Shown: positions 1-6,650 of the stretch, one piece after another
How positions within the stretch are numbered: the first letter of the stretch is position 1
How the letters are laid out: each line of letters starts with the position of its first letter
Origin: Basidiobolus meristosporus CBS 931.73
Lineage: Eukaryota > Fungi > Basidiobolomycota
Assembly (NCBI GenBank): GCA_002104905.1
Contig: MCFE01000096.1
Location: 1 to 64,000 of the forward strand
Direction: 5' to 3'
Length of the DNA: 64,000 nucleotides
Made by a program: the position numbers and the translations under genes
The notes under the pieces: generated by a model
What the model was told of the DNA's origin: nothing
The model's database searches: none
What the model saw: the letters and a program-made list of their open reading frames with translations, nothing else

Positions 1-910
1 TTTTTGGGGATTCATCCCTTTGTATCCGTTGTCTTTTTTCCGACATATATATAGAATCTGTCATGTCTTCTACTACGTTGACCTCTGAATGGCCCCGATA
101 TTTGCCTTCCTCTTGCGAGGTATTTCCTTCTCTTTGTGTATTTGTTCCTGCAGTTGGTACTAACTTGAAATAAGGACAGTCCCTCAACATATGTCCGGGT
201 TCTCCACAACCAAAGCATCTTCGTTCCCTTCTTGGAGAGTTGTGGTTTGAACTGGGGATAGAACTAGAATTTGTCTTCTGACTGGCTAACAAATTAAGTT
301 CCATTCGATCAAATTTAGCTGCCAGTTTATCCAGTTGACTATCCCATGACGTTGTTGGCGGAGTTGATAATGTTGCATGTGTTTTCTCATTGATATTTTC
401 CTTTGTCTGGCCTCCTAGACATTGTTCCTCCTCCTCAGCAAAAGCAATTGCTTCACCCAGAGTTGTGGGTCTACGTTTTCTGACCTCCATTCGGATCTTA
501 GAGTGAAGAACATCAAGAAACACTTCGATCTTATCTTCCTCCAGGGAGTATCCCAACCTTGCAAATAATCTTAATACTTTTGCGGCAATTTCCGCTACTG
601 ATTCATCTTTCTGTCGTAAATTCTTCAGGTTTTGACGCCATGCATCCATTCTTGCCATTGTAACGTATTTTTCCTTGAATCTTTGCTTAAAGGTTTCCCA
701 ATCTGTCAAAAGCCCTTCATTTTCTTCATACCAAGTAGCTGCCAGTTCCTTCATGTAAGCACCTGCAATCGTTGGAAGATCTGCTAGATCCCATCGATTT
801 GCTTTTTGACTTACTTCACATTCCCGTAGCCAAGCAATAGGATCTTCGGTCTGATATCCCGAGAAATCGCTAATTGTGACCAGTCTTCGTTCCCGTTGTA
901 GCGTGGTCAT
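1..910 (-). CDS. gag: Ty3/gypsy Gag with CCHC zinc knuckle, open past the left edge of the window
   Basis: Manual translation from the ATG at 910 (MTTLQRERRLVTISDFSGYQTEDPIAWLRECEV...ATWYEENE...WETFKQRFKEKY...CFGCGEPGHMLRDC...) finds no stop before position 1. It shows a retrotransposon-gag-like helix pattern and a CX2CX4HX4C knuckle. It is absent from the ORF track because it has no stop within the window. Confidence 0.88.
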   Translation of the reverse strand, partial: MTTLQRERRLVTISDFSGYQTEDPIAWLRECEVSQKANRWDLADLPTIAGAYMKELAATWYEENEGLLTDWETFKQRFKEKYVTMARMDAWRQNLKNLRQKDESVAEIAAKVLRLFARLGYSLEEDKIEVFLDVLHSKIRMEVRKRRPTTLGEAIAFAEEEEQCLGGQTKENINEKTHATLSTPPTTSWDSQLDKLAAKFDRMELNLLASQKTNSSSIPSSNHNSPRRERRCFGCGEPGHMLRDCPYFKLVPTAGTNTQREGNTSQEEGKYRGHSEVNVVEDMTDSIYMSEKRQRIQRDESPK

Positions 911-956
911 CTTCCGTTCTTTTAGTAAGAGATAGATTCCTTTTGTTTAATACTAC

Positions 957-974
957 CCCCTGCTGTGAGCACCA
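957..974 (-). promoter_or_regulatory. Primer-binding site complementary to the 3' 18 nt (including CCA) of tRNA-Ile(AAT)
   Basis: The minus strand reads TGGTGCTCACAGCAGGGG. The plus strand cccctgctgtgagcacca equals the 3' end of the tRNA-Ile at 1950-2023 plus CCA. It lies 4 nt inside the LTR end at 979. Confidence 0.92.
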
Positions 975-978
975 ATTC

Positions 979-1306
979 TGTTACGTACTTAAAGAGTAAT
1001 GTCCTTTAGAGAGTACGAAAAGGGATAACCTATATGTTATCTTGTAGATTCGACGGGGTAGTGTAAGAATATCTCTTAAAAAGGTTAGGGTGGTGACTTC
1101 GTAGAAATATATTCAAACTAATATTCGTTCCTACTACGCTCTTCTGCCTATAACCAAAAACTCCCTTTTTATTTAGTTACTTGTTTGGTATTTATACCTT
1201 GTTGTGAGTCTGGTGATTTGTCTTTGATTTGTTTTTCCCTGGCTACTAAGTCGTCTTTGTATGCGTTGATGTCACTTAGCATCGAGTGACTCTTTACTCT
1301 GTAACA
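979..1306 (-). mobile_element. 5' LTR (328 bp) of the Ty3/gypsy element
   Basis: Bounded by TGTTAC...GTAACA inverted termini (TG...CA), adjacent to the PBS and gag. The right end coincides with the point where identity to the second tRNA unit begins. Confidence 0.88.
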
Positions 1307-1317
1307 CTCCCAACTGT

Positions 1318-1389
1318 GGCTCAATGGTTTAGTGGTATAATTCTCCCTTAGGGTGGGAGAGGTCCCGGGTTCAATTCCCGGTTGAGCCC
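1318..1389 (+). tRNA. trnP: tRNA-Pro(AGG)
   Basis: GGCTCAA/TTGAGCC acceptor stem, anticodon arm ctccc-TTAGGGT-gggag, GGTTCAATTCC B box, followed by TTTT. Confidence 0.96.
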
Positions 1390-1640
1390 CTCTTTTGCAT
1401 TTCCATTCAAAATTTTTGATGGCAAGTACGTGTACCAACTCTATTATGTATAGTAGTTCGAACCATATTTTTATGTGGAAGTACTTTGGATGTAAATTTG
1501 TAATGGCATATTTACATGTCATCTACTGTGAGGATTTTGGTTTGCATCAATTTCAGGCAAAGGATTCGTTTACTATCTAGAGAATCACCTTGCCATGTGG
1601 GTGTACATATTAGAAAACATTTCCTTCTATTCACATAAAT

Positions 1641-1712
1641 GGTTTCGTGGTGTAATGGTTAGCACCCAGGACTTTGAATCCTGTAATCCGAGTTCGATTC
1701 TCGGCGAGACCT
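1641..1712 (+). tRNA. trnQ: tRNA-Gln(TTG)
   Basis: Cloverleaf; anticodon arm cagga-CTTTGAA-tcctg; T4 terminator. Confidence 0.95.
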
Positions 1713-1862
1713 CTTTTATGCACATTGCATTCTCCAGATACTTTTGCATTTCAACTCTCACAAATAACAGCGCCTTCATTTTACAACGTAGACCGTGTCA
1801 GGATTATTCGAATTCTAGCTGGTTTGGACTTGTGTTGGATAGTGGCACCCACCTTCGATAAG

Positions 1863-1944
1863 GACGATATGGCCGAGTGGTTAAGGCGTATGACTAGAAA
1901 TCATATGGGCTCTGCCCGCGCAGGTTCAAATCCTGCTGTCGTCG
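1863..1944 (+). tRNA. trnS: tRNA-Ser(AGA)
   Basis: Long variable arm; anticodon arm tatga-CTAGAAA-tcata; only AATTT before the next tRNA. Confidence 0.96.
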
Positions 1945-1949
1945 AATTT

Positions 1950-2023
1950 GCTCGCATAGCTCAGTTGGTTAGAGCGTGGTGCTAATAACGCCAAGGTCGC
2001 AGGTTCGACCCCTGCTGTGAGCA
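1950..2023 (+). tRNA. trnI: tRNA-Ile(AAT)
   Basis: Anticodon arm tggtg-CTAATAA-cgcca; T6 terminator. Confidence 0.96.
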
Positions 2024-2348
2024 TTATTTTTTATCCAGGCTGGCAGTCTTCATACTCCTACAAGAAAACGGTAGCAATTACATGCATCGCAAAGGGTGCA
2101 CTGCATCCACCTTCCCCCTAATCAATGTTATAGTCAGTTCGCACACCTACCTTATTTTGATGTTCTACAGGCGCATCTGATTTCGAATTTATGCTTTGCT
2201 GGTATTGTGCACTACCCATATTTTTTAACAGAATGAGTTGGCTACCTTGAACTCACAGTGTGGAGATGGGAATGATATGTAAGTCTGAACAATAACAGAA
2301 GACTGCGTTGTATCTAAAATCAAATTCTACAACAAGTATAATGTATCA

Positions 2349-2420
2349 TCTCAGATAGTATAGTGGTAAGTATCCCCGCCTGTCACGCGGGAGACCCGGG
2401 TTCAATTCCCGGTCTGAGAG
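2349..2420 (+). tRNA. trnD: tRNA-Asp(GTC)
   Basis: Anticodon arm cccgc-CTGTCAC-gcggg; T-run downstream. Confidence 0.96.
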
Positions 2421-2656
2421 TTTTGTTTTAGCTGTCTTGGGTACATCAAAATTATACTTTGACTGTTCTTGAGTTCGTGTACTCAACGGTACGCACTAAA
2501 TATGACATGACGCTAAGATAAAAAAAACTCTTACAAAATGGGCCGTAGCTTGTATCTATACAGGTCGTTATTTTTATAGAACTACTAGTGTGGTTGATCG
2601 ATATGGATGTAAAGAGCTACTTTGATTAAACAAGTACTGGTTTTTCTAGCAACAAC

Positions 2657-2729
2657 GGGCGTATGGCCAAATGGATAAGGCGCCTGACTACGGATCAGGA
2701 GATTCCAGGTTCGATCCCTGGTATGCTCG
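2657..2729 (+). tRNA. trnR: tRNA-Arg(ACG)
   Basis: Anticodon arm cctga-CTACGGA-tcagg. Confidence 0.95.
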
Positions 2730-2943
2730 AAGTTATCTTTTGTCATCAGCGTGTACAGATAAATGCTAAGCATGTTTACCTCTTCCTAAGCGATTCAATA
2801 AATCCTATGGATTGATGATTTTTCTGCCCGAGAATAGTACGTAGTACAAACATATTCTTCCATATATTGTCCGATTCATTTTCTACAACTTTACTCGCTC
2901 AGCAATGTAATCATAATCTAAGCCTCGGTCTTACAGACGTAAA

Positions 2944-3014
2944 GCATACTTGGTTTAGTGGTATAATTACCGCCTGCCACGCGGTAGACCGGGGTTCGAT
3001 TCCCCGAGTATGCA
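2944..3014 (+). tRNA. trnG: tRNA-Gly(GCC)
   Basis: GCATACT/AGTATGC acceptor stem; anticodon arm accgc-CTGCCAC-gcggt. Confidence 0.96.
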
Positions 3015-3576
3015 TTTTATACTTTTCCACTATGGTACCTTTTTGCATAACTGTATTCCTCAAATGGTTCGTTTTCCGGAACTTAATAGCTTACCAATAT
3101 GCATGTCTACTATACATTATGTTGGGTCACTACACTATTGGAAAAATGGAAAGATGGTAAAATGGTTAGGGTTAATGAAGACATACAAATCGATATTTTC
3201 AGAGCCGCTGCAAATCCTATAGTCCATCGCTAAAACATTTTAGCATAACCGCTTTGAAACTTTGTGATCTACCGATAATCCTCCACTGATTAGCTACGAG
3301 TCGAACCTACAGCATGATTGCTTGACACAGGCGCACTTCCAGAGCTACCGTAGATGCCTGTAGTATTAATTCGTTGAAATAGAAATCAAATATTGTGCGG
3401 TTAGCAGTTAGTTGGGCCCTATGTCACCGCTCTATCATTCTTGTATAAAATATAATGTGAAAGATCCTTCCAAGCTGCCATCTCATTCACAAATTCAAGT
3501 AGTTAGCCGAATCACATATTAAATGTATAAGGTATCTTGCAATATAGCACGTGTTTTCCATTCATCAAACAGTAAT

Positions 3577-3649
3577 GCCTCCTTGGCTCAGTTGGCAGAG
3601 CGTCTGCCTAGTAAGCAGAAGGTCGCTGGTTCGATTCCGGCAGAAGGCA
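3577..3649 (+). tRNA. trnT: tRNA-Thr(AGT)
   Basis: Anticodon arm tctgc-CTAGTAA-gcaga. Confidence 0.95.
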
Positions 3650-3782
3650 TTGAAATTTTTGGTCTCTATTATTTTTTACTGAGTTTAAGTGGAATTCATG
3701 AATTGTACAATTGTGATGCATGGCGGGTTGAAAAATCATTTAGACAAGTCGCAAATTGACTGTTACAAGAAACAAAAAGCAA

Positions 3783-3865
3783 TGAAGAGAGTGGGATTCG
3801 AACCCACGCCTCCGAAGAGATCACGGCCTTAACGTGACGCCTTAGACCAACTCGGCCATCTCTCC
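3783..3865 (-). tRNA. trnL: tRNA-Leu(AAG)
   Basis: Reverse complement gives GGAGAGATGGCCGAG...; anticodon arm tcacg-TTAAGGC-cgtga; long variable arm. Confidence 0.95.
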
Positions 3866-4182
3866 ATTTACGAAGGGACCTGTGCAAGGCCTATGTAGTA
3901 TGTAATGGTCATAGTCACATTCATTTGATTTGTGCGTGCGCTAGAGTATTATCAAAATAGAGGTTGCAATTCGATAGCTGTATATGTGCTCTGAGTATTT
4001 CTTTCTTACGCCAAAGTACAACAGTTGGAGGATTTGTTTGAGTTTACGGTCAGATATTATCGCGATTCAGTCTACAAAATAAATGGGCAAACAAGGTATT
4101 TAGGAAACGAAGGTTGGTGATTCAAGGAATTCAGATAGAACATAGGATACACTAATCATAACTTTCCTATCGGTTTATCCAT

Positions 4183-4267
4183 CCGAACATAGCTCAGTTG
4201 GTAGAGCGGAAGACTGTAGTGTTACATAGCAATCTTTAGGTCCCTGGTTCAAATCCGGGTGTTCGGA
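4183..4267 (+). tRNA. trnY: tRNA-Tyr(GTA) with a 12-nt intron (4220-4231)
   Basis: Anticodon arm gaaga-CTGTAG[tgttacatagca]A-tcttt; the intron is at the canonical 37/38 position. Confidence 0.93.
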
Positions 4268-4441
4268 CTCTTTTGTATTTTATTCAAAAATTGTATACCC
4301 TTGTGGTGAAGTTATCAAATGACCAAGCACTAGTGGTATTGCCCTCATCGAGAGAGTATGCACACATCATACAGGTCGTTAAGAGTATATTTTGCTACCC
4401 TGGAGGTTTTAAAAGATTGCATACAAAAAATATCAAAAGAG

Positions 4442-4515
4442 CGCTCCTGGGTGGGCTTGAACCACCAACCTCCTGATTAACAGTCAGACGCGCTAGCCAA
4501 TTGCGCCACAAGAGC
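4442..4515 (-). tRNA. trnN: tRNA-Asn(GTT)
   Basis: Reverse complement gives GCTCTTGTGGCGCAATTGG...; anticodon arm tctga-CTGTTAA-tcagg. Confidence 0.95.
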
Positions 4516-4739
4516 AACTTGAATACAAGTGAAGGATGTATCATCTTATGGTTATAGAATACACAAGTATAGCAAGGCATATGGAATTCATTTCTTGCCG
4601 CATAATACTTGCAAGCTGTAAGTCTTGTTTCAGTTATGATTGATCGATTGATTGTTCCCCGACAACCAAGGGTACTTCCTAATTTTTTACATTGGCGGCA
4701 TCCGTTGACATATACGGCAAGCTGCCCTTGTAACAAGTA

Positions 4740-4812
4740 GCCGTCTTAGCTCAGTTGGGAGAGCGTCAGACTGAAGTTCTGAAGGTCCTGCGTTCGATCC
4801 GCAGAGACGGCA
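4740..4812 (+). tRNA. trnF: tRNA-Phe(GAA)
   Basis: GCCGTCT/AGACGGC acceptor stem; anticodon arm tcaga-CTGAAGT-tctga; no intron. Confidence 0.95.
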
Positions 4813-4996
4813 TTTTTGATTCAGTTTCAATGTTTACTTCTTTACCGTTACCTAAATGATCTACCCAATTACAGATCAAAGTGGTGTAAGCCTCGGGTCT
4901 GTTCTCATACTTTTTTTTTTGAAAACTTCTGTTACCTTGCTTTTTCTCTGACCAATTTATATTATATTGCCACAACTGGAACCTGGTGTGTAACAT

Positions 4997-5069
4997 GCCC
5001 GGCTAGCTCAATCGGTAGAGCGTGAGACTCTTAATCTCAAGGTTGTGGGTTCGACCCCCACGTTGGGTG
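4997..5069 (+). tRNA. trnK: tRNA-Lys(CTT)
   Basis: GCCCGGCTAGCTCAATCGG...; anticodon arm tgaga-CTCTTAA-tctca. Confidence 0.96.
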
Positions 5070-5232
5070 ACTCCTTTTTTCTTCAATTATTTTGAGTCCC
5101 TTTCAATAGTGTGCAAATTCGGTATAGTATTGCATTGCTTTTCCCGAAAAAATCTGCTATCACTTGAATTAGGCCAAGGTAATTGGAATCTCCTCTGCTT
5201 GGAGGGTGTTTATGTACAGCAAAATGATACCT

Positions 5233-5305
5233 TGGAGGACCTGGGTATCGATCCCAGTGCCTCTCGCATGCTAAGCGAGCGCTCTACCATCTGAGCTAGA
5301 CCCCC
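5233..5305 (-). tRNA. trnA: tRNA-Ala(AGC)
   Basis: Anticodon arm ctcgc-TTAGCAT-gcgag; G3:U70 alanine identity pair present; one U:U mismatch in the acceptor stem. Confidence 0.93.
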
Positions 5306-5632
5306 ATTTGTACTGCAAGTTAAAGAACGTATATTGAATATTGCATTAGCATTCCATCTTGCTTATGTCTTGCACTAAGCTCATATGCAGGACAAAAGTT
5401 TTGCGAATTTCTGACTGCCCCACTGTTGTTTTCTCTCAATACCAGCTTGTTAGATGTTGAGAGATATAATTTGCATATTTGGGTCACAGGCGCAGTATGA
5501 GGTCTCCACAAATAGATCAGGTAGCTGAAGGATCCAGCCGTTGCGATATAGAGATACCTTTAGGAATGGAAGAGCGTACTTGTATAAATTTACACATTTA
5601 CAGCAGTAACCTCGGTAGTAACTCCCAACTGT

Positions 5633-5704
5633 GGCTCAATGGTTTAGTGGTATAATTCTCCCTTAGGGTGGGAGAGGTCCCGGGTTCAATTCCCGGTTGA
5701 GCCC
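5633..5704 (+). tRNA. trnP: tRNA-Pro(AGG), copy 2
   Basis: Identical to 1318-1389. Confidence 0.96.
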
Positions 5705-5955
5705 CTCTTTTGCATTTCCATTCAAAATTTTTGATGGCAAGTACGTGTACCAACTCTATTATGTATAGTAGTTCGAACCATATTTTTATGTGGAAGTACT
5801 TTGGATGTAAATTTGTAATGGCATATTTACATGTCATCTACTGTGAGGATTTTGGTTTGCATCAATTTCAGGCAAAGGATTCGTTTACTATCTAGAGAAT
5901 CACCTTGCCATGTGGGTGTACATATTAGAAAACATTTCCTTCTATTCACATAAAT

Positions 5956-6027
5956 GGTTTCGTGGTGTAATGGTTAGCACCCAGGACTTTGAATCCTGTA
6001 ATCCGAGTTCGATTCTCGGCGAGACCT
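5956..6027 (+). tRNA. trnQ: tRNA-Gln(TTG), copy 2
   Basis: Identical to 1641-1712. Confidence 0.95.
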
Positions 6028-6177
6028 CTTTTATGCACATTGCATTCTCCAGATACTTTTGCATTTCAACTCTCACAAATAACAGCGCCTTCATTTTACA
6101 ACGTAGACCGTGTCAGGATTATTCGAATTCTAGCTGGTTTGGACTTGTGTTGGATAGTGGCACCCACCTTCGATAAG

Positions 6178-6259
6178 GACGATATGGCCGAGTGGTTAAG
6201 GCGTATGACTAGAAATCATATGGGCTCTGCCCGCGCAGGTTCAAATCCTGCTGTCGTCG
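6178..6259 (+). tRNA. trnS: tRNA-Ser(AGA), copy 2
   Basis: Identical to 1863-1944. Confidence 0.96.
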
Positions 6260-6264
6260 AATTT

Positions 6265-6338
6265 GCTCGCATAGCTCAGTTGGTTAGAGCGTGGTGCTAA
6301 TAACGCCAAGGTCGCAGGTTCGACCCCTGCTGTGAGCA
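6265..6338 (+). tRNA. trnI: tRNA-Ile(AAT), copy 2
   Basis: Identical to 1950-2023. Confidence 0.96.
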
Positions 6339-6650
6339 TTATTTTTTATCCAGGCTGGCAGTCTTCATACTCCTACAAGAAAACGGTAGCAATTACATGC
6401 ATCGCAAAGGGTGCACTGCATCCACCTTCCCCCTAATCAATGTTATAGTCAGTTCGCACACCTACCTTATTTTGATGTTCTACAGGCGCATCTGATTTCG
6501 AATTTATGCTTTGCTGGTATTGTGCACTACCCATATTTTTTAACAGAATGAGTTGGCTACCTTGAACTCACAGTGTGGAGATGGGAATGATATGTAAGTC
6601 TGAACAATAACAGAAGACTGCGTTGTATCTAAAATCAAATTCTACAACAA

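Larger units (their letters stand above)
1306..5620. repeat. 4315-bp tRNA-array repeat unit, copy 1 (14 tRNA genes)
   Basis: 1306-2335 recurs at 5621-6650 with a constant offset of 4315, and no differences were seen by eye. Confidence 0.85.
5621..6650. repeat. tRNA-array repeat unit, copy 2 (truncated after 1030 bp)
   Basis: Identical to 1306-2335; identity stops abruptly at tctacaacaa|ctgccagg. Confidence 0.92.

Noticed and set aside
3285-3325. B-box-like GGTTCGACTC on the minus strand
   Set aside because: No T-stem pairing, acceptor stem or A box could be built, so it is not called as a tRNA. At most it is a relic.
1169-6300. Short ORFs overlapping tRNA genes, duplicated at +4315
   Set aside because: These are translations of tRNA and spacer DNA with no protein-like features.
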